A stretch of DNA of 64,000 bases. Origin: Chrysomallon squamiferum (taxonomy: Eukaryota; Animalia; Mollusca). The position numbers were made by a program, and so were the translations under genes. Below the pieces are notes generated by a model, which was not told the DNA's origin, made no database searches, and was given only the letters and a program-made list of their open reading frames with translations. This document shows, one piece after another, positions 1 to 15,240 of this stretch. The stretch lies in assembly GCA_012295275.1 (NCBI GenBank), contig CM022672.1, positions 27,466,001 to 27,530,000 of the forward strand, read 5' to 3'. Within the stretch, counting starts at the first letter, position 1; each line of letters begins with the position of its first letter.

Positions 1-781
1 GACGAGAACCTGGTAAAAAAATTTTAAGAGAAAATGTTGACGCTGTAACTGACATGCAGATAAATCACCATTTCACGCATCAAGACGTCTGCGTTCAGAT
101 TTGTTCCAATACTGATTTACATCACTCCGACTGCAGCACTGTTTGCGTGCTGACCGGTTTGTGGTGTGAGGGTCAAACTGTGGACATACTTCACTGGACA
201 ACACTGACTGCTAGGACAACAGATATTGTTCTGACATCCTGTTGCCACCTATTACACAACACTGTCAAAGGATTACATGTCAGTAATTTCTCGTTTGTCA
301 CAAGAGAGACCATCATGGAAAAATACCTGTCCAGTTAATGGAAGAATTTTTTTTTTTTTTTTTTTTTTAAGACAGGTTACCTTTGAAACCTGTCCTGTGA
401 TGTTTGATACCACGTTTTCCAAAGCACCTTAATGACATTTCGTACAATGTGTTCTGTGAATTATGATCATTTCTGACTTGAAGGCTTATTACCAGTTCTA
501 AAAGTGGGTCAAACAGGAGTTTGGCATAATGGATGAGTGATTTCTAAAAGAAACTCGACATATTTATTATTGCGTAAACACGATGTAAAGTTTGGGTTAA
601 AGCACGCTGTGTTGGAAACACTTATAAGTGTGTTGATAAAAGTTTCTGCTGCATTTTTTCTTCTGTCAATATAATCATACTCTGAATTATAAAAATGCGA
701 GAACATGATTTAACTTTGTTATTGAACGATGAAAATTTTAAAAGTAAACTTTACCTTCACACACTCCTGGTTAATGTGAGA

Positions 782-970
782 AATAAAATAACTGCTGAGT
801 TGTCAAAGAATACAATAACTGCTGAGTTGTCAAAGAATACAATAACTGCTGAGTTGTCCAAGAATAAAATAACTGCTGAGTTGTCCAAGAATAAAATAAC
901 TGCTGAGTTGTCCAAGAATAAAATAACTGCTGAGTTGTCAAAGAATACAATAACTGCTGAGTTGTCAAAG
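782..970. repeat. 27-bp minisatellite, 7 head-to-tail copies (aata[a/c]aataactgctgagttgtc[a/c]aag)
   Basis: Read directly: unit starts at 782, 809, 836, 863, 890, 917, 944; only two variable positions; no spacers. Confidence 0.95.
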
Positions 971-2558
971 GACAAAATAAAAGCTCAGACCAACCTCGCT
1001 TAACTTATTTCAGTTTAGAAATGATGTAATATGTAGGATATAAACACTGTTAGCTAAGTAATCATGTCTTGAAGCGAATATCTGAAATTACTGGTTGTTT
1101 TTGGTCAGGTCGCCAAGTCAAATATTGGTGTAAAAAATTCCCCGGATCGATGTCCACACCTCTGGAGAATCCTTTCACTTACGTATTTCACTAAAATGCA
1201 CCTTTTGTGACCGGAACAATTTGAACGGATAAATCTTGACCCGTTTCAATGGGGACTAAGTTTTGTAAAAACACGATGCGTCAACTTACGGCATAGGGTG
1301 TGTGTTGTTTTAGCCTGGGCAAGTCGCGTTATCGAGACTCCCATGAGGAAACTAAAGCTCGAAGGCATTTTCACTCCTTTTCTCAACAGTCACAAAAGCA
1401 GCGACCAGCTTTAGATCAAGGACAGTCCCGCTATCGAACATTCGTCCACGGGTAAAGTGATAATAGCCTCGATTATCAAGCCAAAGGGCGAGACTAATTT
1501 TATAGCCCAGCTTTGCCCCTATCTTAATCCGTCCAATTTTCTGCTGTGCTATGCCCGGCGACAAATTAGCGAGGGTAATTATGAAGTAATCTCATCTTCT
1601 TCGCATATATCGCCTCGTTTTAATTGTTCATAATGCCGGACTTTATTACTTTTCCTCCAGAGGCTATGTTCTTCCTCGCTTGTAAAACAAGTACCGTACC
1701 TGATGTAGTAAAGTTGTTAATGTCAGTTTAATTAGTTTTTAATTTGACGAGTTATTCAAAGAACATAAAAATAGTTTAAAAGTTCGTCTTGAGGCCTTCC
1801 ATTAAATATTCGGAGTATATCGCTCCCAAATTTTAATTTAATTTTACTCTGTCACCCGAGTTCTGATATCGCTTCTAAAACAAAAACAATGTCTGTGATA
1901 CTAGAAATTCCCACATTTCACAGATAAAACATATTTTAAATGACTGACAAATGTATATTAAATGTGATGCTCTGATTCGTATCACCTTTCAGACAATTTA
2001 TTACAAATATTGGACAATTATATTTTTCAGTAATATTTTTCAGTGTGTGTGTGTGAGAGAGATCTTTGAACATTTTTTATAAGGATTTTTTTCTTTCTTT
2101 TCTTTTTTTACAGAATTAGTCAAAAAAAAAAAAAAACACATTAATGTGAATAATTTCATCTTGATAAACAGAATAATTTCACAACAAACATCTCCCAAAA
2201 TCTATTTACGGTTTAATGATTGTTAAATAATCGTGCTTGTCTGTGATTATGCAATCTAAGATGTCCATACACAACCCGTCAGAAGATGCCTGTGAACTGA
2301 GCAGGTAAAAAAGCGCGCCTGTTACTTCCAGGAGAGTTCTGCGCTTTGATGTCAGGACGCTATCGCGCGAATCAAGTTTCACAGCTACTTGTTAGCTGAA
2401 CGCCGAAGTTTGATTCTTTGAAAAATGACAATTGGGTTTGTTTTTTTCGGTAAGGAGGTTTCCGTTGTTTGTGTTACGTTTTCATTATGACAAAATAAAA
2501 TCAAATAAATAGGGTTGGGGTTTAGTACGGAAATCCTAAGTGCTCTGTGATGTCTGTT

Positions 2559-2594
<36 letters not shown>

Positions 2595-5123
2595 TTAAAA
2601 GAAGAAAAATACAAACAAAAAAACCCCCAATAAATTACTGATATAAAATGCCTTAGTACCGTTCTCCTCTTCATTATTATTATTACTATAAACATCGCCA
2701 TTATTAATAACTTTTAACACTGATTCGCGAAAGTTGTATTTACACCATAATCTGTATGCATTGATAAATCAATCATTTTCCTCCTACTAAAATTATAGAA
2801 AATACGAATAAAATAAAAGGAGCTTTGCAGTTTAAACATAATGTACAAAGTATCTGACAGATCGACTGTATTCGTCATATTCACATATTAAACTGTATTT
2901 ATTTTAAACTCGACGTTTATTATCAAGAGTGATTACGTTTGCAAGTCACTCATTCAAAACAACATCGTGCAGTAACAAGAGTGTAGATTAATACTGTTTG
3001 GATAATCCATTAAGACTGGTTCCCATGTCGCGTTATGCCAAACACTTTTGAACATGTCAAGCGAGCTGGTGGGCAACAGTCGACTCCACGGGGTCTGCGT
3101 GGGGAACAAAACGTAGCTTCTTACTTACAGCAAGTGAATTGTCTGAAGCTTTCCAGACATCCCGCTTGGATTCATTGCAAAGACATTAACACGTCTGACA
3201 GTTTATCCATGTCAAGTCCAGATTGGGAGAAAAAAAAATTAAATCAGCTTTGTTATTATTTTTTGGTGATTTCACCCTCTTATATGATATAGTCGTAATG
3301 ACCACCAGACTTATGTTGAAATGTTCAAAACAGATTTTTAGTGTAATTTTAATTATTTGTCTAAATAATAATAATAATAATAATAATAATTGATATTCTT
3401 TGAAAAAAAAAAAATGAAAAAAAAAGGTGAGGGTGCAGGAGAGGTCAAGATATAACCACTTCATATTTAATGAATTTCATATATATGTATTAAATATGAA
3501 GTATCTAGTATCATAACATTTTGAAAATGTCCAGAAATGGTTATAGTTCATGTTTAATTCATGCTATTCCAAATTAGCTGTTATATAATAACATTTTAAG
3601 AATTGACTTACAAAATGTGATACAGGAACAGAGACTACGTTTGTATATTACTACAATGACAATTTGGTTGACTAAGAAAATAATTCCACACATGTGTATG
3701 TGGGAACAGGGAAACGAGCTCTCTAAGCTCTTCACACTAATACAATTGTCACGTAAGCTGCGAGACCCAGCGTGCAGACACGTTAGAGTCCAGCCTGTTA
3801 GTGCTGAAATAACAAGCGTTTGTTTACCACGAGGCAATGTTTTTGTGCTTAATGACAAAAGTCAACACAAAACCCAGACGAGGAACTGAAAATAAAGTTT
3901 AGATGAGTTAAGGAATAATGCTTGATGTAGCTTTTTACAATCGCTACAAACTAAATAGCTATATTTTTCTGTTAAATATCATTAATATCCAAGATATATG
4001 GATTGAGTCTTTTAATTTAAGCTTCATTACTAAGTGTATTTTTTTATACAAAGATTACCGTTTCATCAGAGACTACATTCTGTTTTATCAGTTTTCCTTT
4101 CTTTTAATAACATCCATTATTAGTACTACAGACAAACAGACACAATAATCCCAGAAAAATCCCTATCTCAAGTTAAAATACAGGTCATGTATTCACAATT
4201 GGAAATCATAATCCTGAAAACAGTAGCTAATTACAATCTGTCATTTTACAGAGTTGCATGTTAATGTCTAATTAATATGGTTTTATGTATCTCATTAAGG
4301 AAGCTGTCACTATGGATACAAAATTTGAATGGTTGCCAAAGGCAATTAACAACCACTGACAAGATAAACGAATTGTTACCCAATTTAAATATCGTAATAG
4401 CGATTTTTAAGTCATTGAAAATCTTTTGTCGTGGTTTTAATTTTTAAGTTGCACTTAATAACAAGTGCTTGTTAATGTCAATTAATACTAGTTACTTGAT
4501 ATTCTTAGGTTCTGGTAGGGTCGACTTTCGGTCTTAATGGCAATAAATAATATTTAATTAACTATACGACGATACTTAAAATATTAGAAATATATTTTCG
4601 TATCAAAAATAATTCACTAGCAACAAAAGATCAAACAGACGTGCGGTTAATCAAAAAAATATCTTCAATATCTGCAACATCGAGCAAAGAATGTATTGTA
4701 AGGCGACACGACAGTGTACCTGCGCAGATGAAAGCCCAGACTGTGAAATCAAAGTGAGGCTACTCGCGTAGAACAAGACAGTGCGAATCAGCAACAGGTG
4801 CGCCAGCTCGGACGTACAATGGAGGCCCCCTTATTGATCATTACCCACAAAAGACGGAGCAAGCTGTCGTTAACAGACCACCATCTGAACGGAAAACCGA
4901 CAGGTGCATCGCCACTAAGGACGCAGGGGTGAGGGCGAAGTCAGATATTACTGAGACAAAACAAGTGTCTTTAAGGAATAAAGGAATGAAAATCCAGCGA
5001 CCTGCGTTTGACATTTGGTTAATGGCATAATAATTATAGTCCGCCGAGCACCCACCACTGAACGCTTGGACTTTATCTTACTCTAGTATGTAAATCAACT
5101 GCTGAAAGAGTGTATCATGTATT

Positions 5124-5410
5124 TCAGTGTGTGTGGTGTGTGTGACTGTGTGTGTGACTGTGTGAGTGTGTTTCTGTGTGTGTGTTTGTGTGTCTGTCTG
5201 TCTGTGATTGTATGTGCACGTACGATAGAGAAAGAATGTGACAGAAAGAGCAGAAAAAGATGAATGACAGAACAGAGAAGAAAAGAAAGAATGACAGAAC
5301 AGAAGAAAATAAAGTAGAGAAAGAATGTGACAGAAAGAGCAGAAAAAGATGAATGACAGAACAGAGCAGAAAAAAGAGGAATGACAGAACAGAGAAAAAA
5401 AAAGAAGAAT
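5124..5410. repeat. (TG)-rich tract followed by purine-rich composite repeat (~22-bp gaatgacagaacagag-type units; ~50-bp block duplicated at ~5227 and ~5316)
   Basis: agagaaagaatgtgacagaaagagcagaaaaagatgaatgacagaacagag occurs twice; shorter units recur. Confidence 0.85.
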
Positions 5411-5699
5411 GACAAGGTCTAAATTTATATACAGTAAAGTATGTATGAAATACATACATATACAGAACTTGTAGAGACGACTATAAAAATTATATTACCA
5501 CTAGCCATTTCTTCAGTTTGTAGAGCTGTCAGAACTTTCTTTCTTGTCAACAAAAAAGTCTTCTTTTATTTTTTTTTCTTCAGTGTAGATGATACCGAAA
5601 TAATCCAAAGTCCTTTAAAAACACGTAGCCACCATGCTAACGTTTGTAACAACTGTGAAAACAGACAGGGCAAATGTTCTCTACACTAAATAAAAACTT

Positions 5700-5980
5700 C
5701 TGCTATCCACGAAAGCTACAGAGACGCAGGTGATCGCAGCAACACACAGGTAAACACTGTTCTAGAGAAACACATCTCACGTCTTTTAATAATTTTCCTC
5801 CCAATTCCTCTCCCCGTTTCTGATTGGTCGAGCGGTCAGAGCCAGTGAACGCAGGTAAGCGCACAGTTTCCACAGTGACTGACGTAAGTTTACAGTGACA
5901 AGACTAAAGGGGTATTCTTCCGTAACTAGTCACGTGACTTACAGCTTGAAAAATTAGCCCGCTCATCACGCCCGAAGCTA
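5700..5980. promoter_or_regulatory. Promoter/enhancer-like motif cluster (CCAAT box, CRE/PAR-like TGACGTAA, palindromic E-box)
   Basis: ATTGG 5823-5827, TGACGTAA 5880-5887, 12-bp palindrome AGTCACGTGACT 5928-5939, CAGGTG/A at 5727, 5747, 5852, in a CpG-richer island. The target gene is not identified. Confidence 0.4.
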
Positions 5981-6180
5981 GTTAACACCATCAATGAAAA
6001 ACAAAAATGAAAAAAAAAGAATACTGGTTTTCTTTGTGCGTTCCGCATTATCATAGGTAATGACTTCATTTTGATCTGAAGTCACGAACTCTACGTTGGA
6101 CATTTTAATTATATACACATTTGAAAATAATAATAAAAAAATCTGTTCAAACTTATATTTACGTATATGAAGAGACATAC

Positions 6181-6915
<735 letters not shown>

Positions 6916-7627
6916 TTACTTCTTCCTTACCATCGAAAAAAAAAAAAAAGAAAAAAAAAATGATAAACATTTATTTATGACAAGAAAATGAAAAAAGAAG
7001 AGAAAAATATAAACATCTGTTAATACAGGTAAGAAGGTACGATATTTCGTATTACATGGATCAAGGTGGAGAATTTTGAGCAGTCTCTCCACCTGGATCT
7101 GAGGTGCCATGCTAATTGTAGATTGCCAGGACTGGAAACTCTTGAGACGGTTCTGGTACAGACACCTGGTGCCATATGATATCCCGAGACAGCGAGTTCT
7201 AAGAGTTTCTAATCACATCCGACAGATCAGTCTATAAGCGTGCTAAACATCTCCAGCTCTTCTAAATGAATTCTTCTCTCCATGTATTGTCAAATTTTTA
7301 AAATTAGTTGTGTACAATGGAGTTATACAGACTGGAATATTCCTAACGTAATTTTGTATCTAGGACTGCTCTGAAGTGAGGTGCGAGATTTATGTCAATT
7401 AGAAAGACAAAACGTCAAGTTTGAAACTAATGTTTAAAAATTGTTGTAGCTGGGAAGGAAGAACTGAAGTGAAAAAGAAAGTAGAAGCCTGAGAGACAGA
7501 GATACAGACAGAAAGAGAGAGAGAGACAGAATGAGACAGAGAAAGAAAGATGTGAATGATTATTATATCCACATAAAAATGTTTGGACTCCATCATCTGA
7601 ATCAAAAATATATTTTTAAAAATGTAT

Positions 7628-7652
7628 TTATTTTATTATTATTATTATTATT

Positions 7653-7747
<95 letters not shown>

Positions 7748-7749
7748 TT
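7628..7749. repeat. (TTA)n/(TTTA)n microsatellite
   Basis: Seen directly. Confidence 0.95.
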
Positions 7750-8587
7750 CGTTAAGAAATCTGTTATTGCTGCATGACGATTAACACAAATGCGTTAATC
7801 ACAAAGGCGCATTACACCTAGTGAGTCTATGTATAGAGATTAACATTGTCCGAATGTATTTTCAGGGTTCGGATTATCTTCACAGACACCGATATAGCGT
7901 GCACATTTTATCCTCTGTCGATAATCAACTTCCATTTTCATGAGATTACCACATCATGCAGTCAGATTTGTTAGAGAGGAGGCGGGTCATGTTTTTCGTT
8001 TAAAGAGAAGAAATCTGACGGAACCACGGACACAGCGGGGAGGGGGGTAGGGATTAGTGAGATTATCTTAACAGATGCAAGACAAGTTTTAAAAAATAAA
8101 TTTTAAAACTAAGCCATAATCCATTCAAGATATCAATGGTAAATTTAATCAATGGTATGTAACTGTTTGTTTGTTTTCCGAAACAGTGCATCATAACGTA
8201 AAAAAAAAGAAAAGAAAAGAAAGAATAGGATAAAACAGAAGGAATAAACAGGAAAGAAGAAAGAAGAATACCTAATAAATTTGTGTGTATTCTGTAGTCA
8301 GAGAAAAAATCAATGAAGAAAAAGTGATAATGGCATATGAAAATGTGGTGGAGAAAAAGTGTATTTATTTAATTGCACGAATAGTGATAATACTATAAAT
8401 TCCACTGATAATATTTTAAAAAAATATAATAATAATAAAATTTAAAAAATGAAGTAATACAGTTTTTTAACAAAATAAATAATTTTCGATTACTGGTGTT
8501 GAAAAGAAAGATATAATTTTATTAATTCATTAAATCTGAACTTTTGTTTAATTATCTCTAACTTTCTGAGATTTCTGATATCTGGAG

Positions 8588-8686
8588 TTATATATACATG
8601 TACATATACATAAACATCATATATATCATATACATATACATATACATAAACATACATCAAATATATCCATATATACCTATGCATTC

Positions 8687-8744
<58 letters not shown>

Positions 8745-8811
8745 ATATATATAAATATACATACATACATACATACATGATCTACATGTGTGTGGATGAT
8801 GTTGTTCTTGT

Positions 8812-8851
<40 letters not shown>

Positions 8852-8914
8852 GGTAGCAGTGGCAGCAGTTTTAGTAGTAGAAGTAATAGTAGTTAGATCT
8901 GTTTTTATTTAATT

Positions 8915-8949
<35 letters not shown>

Positions 8950-9015
8950 TTTGTTTGTTTGTCTATTTGTCTATTTGTCTATTTGTCTATTTGTCTATTT
9001 GTCTATTTGTCTATT
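8588..9015. repeat. Compound (TA)n, (TACA)n, (TAG)n, (TTTA)n, (TTTGTCTA)n microsatellites
   Basis: Seen directly. Confidence 0.9.
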
Positions 9016-9561
9016 CAGTTTTCTGTTTATTATTATTACTATTGCTTTTCTGTTGTTGTGTATCTCATCCAAATTGTACTGAATCGCACAGTTTTGATAA
9101 TAACGTTAATGCATACTTCTAAAAACATCACTTTGTGTATAAAATAATATAAAACTGAACATTCAGAACGGCTTTTGGAAAGCTGGCGCCAGACAAGTGA
9201 TGAAATTAGTTGGAACAACATTCTAATAGAATGGATTTTCCTTTCTGAGGCGTTCACCAATCAACGATTAAAGAAGTTTATTGTGGATACCTTTCAAGTA
9301 ATGTGTTTTTTCCCTTTTGTTGTTTACGTTAGCTCTGAATTTTCCGTCTGTTAGCAGACAAGCTATCCACTTCTAAACTAAACAGGATCGATTCGGTTTT
9401 AATTGGGAACATCAATACCTCTTTTTTTCTTTCTACCTCTCTCTCTGTATCTGTATTATTTTCGCTTTCTCTTTTTTTCTCTATCTATTTAAGTCTGTCT
9501 CGCTCACTCTATTTCTGTCTTTCTCTCTGAGTGACTATTTCTCTCAGTCTGTACTTTAAAT

Positions 9562-9638
<77 letters not shown>

Positions 9639-10293
9639 CATTGCTCAGTTCATTCTGTTATAAGATATGATGGTTTACGATTTACAATATATAATGGACA
9701 ACCTCCGATGCTGGTGAAACAAAAGAAGTAAAATATAAAAGCAATATGTGTGTGTTTGTGTGTGTGTGTGTGTGTATGTGTGTATGAATCTCTTTGGGTA
9801 TGTGTATATATGTATGTATGTATGTCTGTATGTATGTGTGATTCTGTGTGCCTTATTTGTGACTGAATATAAGATCGTCATCTACAACTGTCGCTTGACT
9901 GAAATTTAAAAATAAATACATTCATGGCCTCAGTATACGAATATTATTGAATTAAATTAAGCACGGCAATAATATCTCAGTTCGTCACTTCGAGAACACC
10001 CGTCCATGTGCTGCAAGCTTTCTCGTTTAAATGAAGATTGTGCAGGATGTTTCTTCGGGGTGAGCAATTTTCGGATATGAATTCTTATTGCCCCGGGTAC
10101 TAACAACTTAATGTCAAAAACGTCTTCAAAGTGATAGCAGAGGTCTCGCTGAATGGTCGGATTAGGTTTGAGAAAAGAGAAACACAAAAACAACCGCGGT
10201 AACATCTTGTGAAACAAGAAGATTTCATTACGTGTTGGTCACAAAAGTAACACACTTTCTTCTATACATACACAAACAAACTCGCAAATAAAA

Positions 10294-10304
10294 AAATAAA
10301 TAAA

Positions 10305-10377
<73 letters not shown>

Positions 10378-10379
10378 AA
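10294..10379. repeat. (TAAA)n microsatellite
   Basis: Seen directly. Confidence 0.95.
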
Positions 10380-10667
10380 TGATAAACTGAAATGAAAACT
10401 AATTTCAAAACTATCTTTTTCATAATTGAACATCTTGAAATGTTAATGTTTTGGGTCTTAATGACGTTACTCATGTCTGTCCATTGACACATGAGTATCG
10501 TTAACTGTTGAGTGTGTTTAACACCAGACCACTGACAGAACAGAGGATGGAACACAGACTAAAGACATCTACTACTAAAATATATTCACCAAGCAGTTTG
10601 CTGTTTTTCACACATTGGTAGCGTCCTTTGTTGAATGAGAATAGGATCGCTTTGCTATACAATCTGG

Positions 10668-10702
10668 TATGTTTGTGTATTTGTGTATATGTGTGTGTAT
10701 GT

Positions 10703-10767
<65 letters not shown>

Positions 10768-10995
10768 TATGTGTGTGTATATGTGTGTATGTGTGTATGT
10801 GTGTATGTGTGTATGTGTCTATGTGTGTATGTTTGTATGTGTGTATGTGTGTATGTGTGTGTGTGTGTGTGTGTGTGTCTGTGTGTGTCTATGTGTGTCT
10901 ATGTGTGTCTATGTGTCTGTACGTATGTATCTATGTGTGTATGCGTGTGAGTGTATTTATGTACATATTATGTATGCGTACATGCATGTGTGCGT
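10668..10995. repeat. Degenerate (TG)n/(TATGTG)n microsatellite
   Basis: Seen directly; source of the CVCVCV pseudo-ORFs. Confidence 0.95.
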
Positions 10996-11921
10996 GTATC
11001 CTTCTATGTATATTTTTAAAAGTATAGGTATCTATGTATTTGTTTGTCTGTGTGCACATATGCTTTAATAAGCGCTTATCGAAAGAATATATCCTGTCAA
11101 CAAAATGTTTTAAATCATTACTTAAAACGAAGTGAATGTCGAGACATCTGTCTTTCCAGACAAAGTTCATGTCCACACACCGAGTGTCAAACACAGTTTG
11201 TACTTACTGAATGTCAAGTAATAAGTTTTTCAAACATTCAGAGTGACATACCAGTCCAATGCTGTTATTATTGATGGCGCCGACTAGATTTGTTTTGTTT
11301 TCGCTTTCAGTGAAAGGAAAATCTTAATGATGCTAATGATTGCTTTGTAAAGATTCATTATTAGCTATTAGCTGAAGTAAAATCACGTCGTAGAAAAGTT
11401 TGTTACACGCGAGTTTAGTCTCAAATAAAACAAACTGATGTCACTCACTGCATGCGTGATCTACGTTTTGTGATGATTACTTTGATTCGTAAATTAATGC
11501 ATCATTATGTGCGTCTTAGAGAGAGAGAGAGAGAGAGAGACAGAGACGGAGACAGAGCTACGGAGACAGAATAACAAAAAAAAGTATACTTACATGTTTT
11601 AAAAGGAAAACGTAGTGACTAAGCACATAGATATGTAACAAGCAAATAGCAGTTGCTAGGCATTGACTAAGATAATTATATTCCTAATTAAAAATACCCC
11701 AGAATACCCAATTTATTGTAATTCATTAATCATCAGATAATTAAAATGTAATGAATCTGTAAAGAGAAGCTTGTTTTTATTTTAATGCTTTCATTGTTCT
11801 GTTAATATTATTTTTAATCTTCATTCCGTTTTCTCATCTTATATTATTCGTTATTGTTTTATATCACTCACTCTGCTATTCTGTTTATTATTCACTGGAT
11901 TCTTTTCTGTCATCACCTTTT

Positions 11922-12025
<104 letters not shown>

Positions 12026-13379
12026 TGTCTATTTTATTATTTGACTCTGTGTTTCTCTATCATATATCTGTTTGCACATCATAATTAACAGTGTATTATA
12101 ATTTGGATAATCCTGTGCTTGTAAATGTATTTCTTTGTCCACCATGTGTGTATGTATGTATATATATTTTGCATTTTCCTTCTTTCACAAGATGACAAAA
12201 ACAAATGATCAACAACGAACAATTTTTTTTTTTTAATTGAATCACACAGACACCTTTGTAGACATTAAGTAATCCAGATGACTAACTTTTTCAAGCTGAA
12301 TGAGACGAAATCCTACCACTGAATCAACCAGTTTTCAAGAGATGTTCCTAAGTGTAATCAGGAAATAGTTGGTTATTTTTCGAGCTGGGTGACGTGTTAA
12401 AGTTTTCTCAGAGTTTCTGACCTTGGCACCCCATTATCTTAATCGTAGATGTTGCAGTTTGAAGAAACAAAAGCTGATTTCGCAACAAGTGTTGACTTAT
12501 TCAGCTTTCTCTCTCGTTTTCTCTAATTAAAATGTTTCGTTCTAGTTCATTTACAGAAAGATAAAGATTTTTACAAATAAATGAAATAAAGGGTTTCGTC
12601 AAGTTGATGATGACTATGTCAGATATCGGCAAAATAATGATGAATGTTGTTGAATCATTAGTGATGATTATAATGATGAAGAAAAAATGATAACTTGTCA
12701 TTAAGTTAATAACGATGAAAGAAAATTCAAACTATGGTAATGATGATACTGGGACAAAATAATAATAATGATCATAAAAACTGAATTTCTGCTAACAAAT
12801 CTCTCTCTCTATCTATCTGTCTGTCTGTCTGTCTGTCTGCCTAACTATCTATCTGCCTGTCTATCTAACTATATATATATATATATTTATGAGAGAGAGA
12901 GAGAGAGACAGATAGACAGATAGACATGAAGACAGATAGATATATGTATATATATGAGTCTCTCTCTATATATATAAATATTTATAAGTTATAATGTTAA
13001 TTGGCAAACAGGTCTTTTTGCTTATTCTTACACCGAATCATTTCGTTTGGTTGAATTAGAAGAAATCTGATACCTTTAGTACGTAACATCACACTATACA
13101 AGATTACAATACAGCTTTGTGGCCGTGTTACGTGGATGGAATGAAAAGAGTTTGTAGTATAAGATCGGTAGGGGGTGACGTATCAAACCTCGTCAATGCC
13201 AGTTCGAAATTGTGTTAAAAATCCACCAGTCGTGACGCTTTCAAAGCTAAATTCTTTCTTAACACTTCTTATAAAGAGAAACTTCTTTAAAAGTTGGCCG
13301 GCTACAACCAAAATTATTTAATAGATGGATCAAATTTTTTAGAACAAAGATGACGGTATGCAATCATCATGATTGACAT

Positions 13380-13580
<201 letters not shown>

Positions 13581-14222
13581 CTCTCATACAGCTGAAAAAG
13601 GAAAACATTTATTTTTCTGTGTATTTACTTTACGTAATTTTCTAATCTGGATGACTTTATAAGAAAACAAAACTGTATATCCAGTCTAAAAAGAAACCAA
13701 ACAATTTTGTCCGTGGCTGTAGGCATGTCCAGCACAAACATTTCTTCCAGTAAGTGGACCGAATTAATGACCGTAAATCATTTAATTTGTTAAACGCCTT
13801 TGTTATTCAGCGTTCTTATTTCTGACCTGATCGTAGACTCCTACAACAAGCCTAAAGCAGTTTGGAAAATTACATACGTACTGGTCTGCTATTATCTACT
13901 AATATATTCTAAGAAAAGAATGGCTTTTTCGTTGATGGGATGGTAGCAGTGGACCTAAAAAGGTATTTAACAGTTTGTAAGAAAATTTAGGGTTTCGGTA
14001 ACTGCTGAGAAACAACTCTGATGGGTAATAATTAAAGATAAGTGGTACGCCTGCCTACCAAGTTAGTGTGATTGTCTGTATTTTTCTTAACGTTACTGTT
14101 TGTTTTTTTCTTATCCAAGATTAAATACTCTTTTTCAGGGTTTTCCCCACCATACATCAGAAAATAATAGTTTGTTGAAATTGGGAATACACATTAGAAG
14201 ACTATAAACATAGCTTCCTAAA

Positions 14223-14256
<34 letters not shown>

Positions 14257-14379
14257 TAAATGTACATTTTGGAAAAATGGGATTTAAAAAAAAAAAAATT
14301 ATATTAAATAAAATAAAAATTTTAACTCAGAATAAATCACATTAAATCGAACTATGTTGATTCCAGTCCATTGCAGACC

Positions 14380-14503
14380 AATCAAATCAAATCAGTTCAA
14401 AACAAATCAAATCAGTTCAAAACAAATCAAATCAAATCAAATCAAATCAAATCAAATCAATCAGTCAAATCAGTCAAATCAAATCAGTTCAATTCAAATC
14501 AAA
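14380..14503. repeat. (TCAAA)n pentanucleotide repeat with tcag variants
   Basis: Seen directly. Confidence 0.9.
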
Positions 14504-15049
14504 CCAATGCCGATGCAAATACAAGAAAGACTCATTCCATTAAGAAATCTATGCACTAAAGTTTGAATCTGAAAAGTGTGAATTCATTTGAAATACTACG
14601 AGATATATCTGCGAGCACGGAGAGGCAGCTGGTGGACACGCGTGGTTTACGAACAGCTATGTTCTTGTTTCAAAGCTTCGTTTAAAGGTTTTCAGGTGAT
14701 GGTAACACCCGCCCGGATGTCTAATGTGTGCCACAGGCAGCAGCCCTTTAGAACCAGTCACGACTTGATTCCATTTAGGTTACGTAAAACGAAATTGGTT
14801 CTTTTTAAATACAGCCGTAATAAAAACTTGATGCAGTTTTCAGAGGTTATTTGTTCAAATCTTTTTAACATTCATTCATTCAAAACATTTATTTATTTAT
14901 TTATTCAGCCGGTTGTTCCTGGTTTTTATTTATTCATTTTAACTCAAATGCACATAAAATATTTTGGGGAAGTGATCTATCAATGTATTCAGATAAATTA
15001 TTTTTAGAAAATAAAGCATCCGACTTAAAGGGAAAATTGGTTTTGGATT

Positions 15050-15240
15050 TATTACTTCTGTTACTATTACTACTACTACTACTATTATTGCTACCACCAA
15101 TGTATCTATAACATCATTACTGCCACTGCTATTATTACTACTATCTACTACAGCTAATACTAACACTACTACTACTACTTCTACACTGCTGGTATTATTA
15201 CTGTCATAATTACTACTGCTGCTACTGCTATTAATAATAA
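15050..15240. repeat. Degenerate (CTA)n/(TTA)n trinucleotide tract
   Basis: Seen directly. Confidence 0.8.

Noticed and set aside
695-1003. 102-aa ORF with ITAELSKNK repeats; also considered as a CRISPR-like array
   Set aside because: The ORF is a by-product of a stop-free 27-bp minisatellite that is also open on the other strand. There are no spacers or cas genes, and the context is eukaryotic.
5629-5693. Perfect Kozak GCCACCATG
   Set aside because: Opens only a 19-codon ORF with no donor or recognisable product.
10430-10560. Possible SINE remnant next to the (TAAA)n tract
   Set aside because: No recognisable A/B boxes and no second copy in the window.
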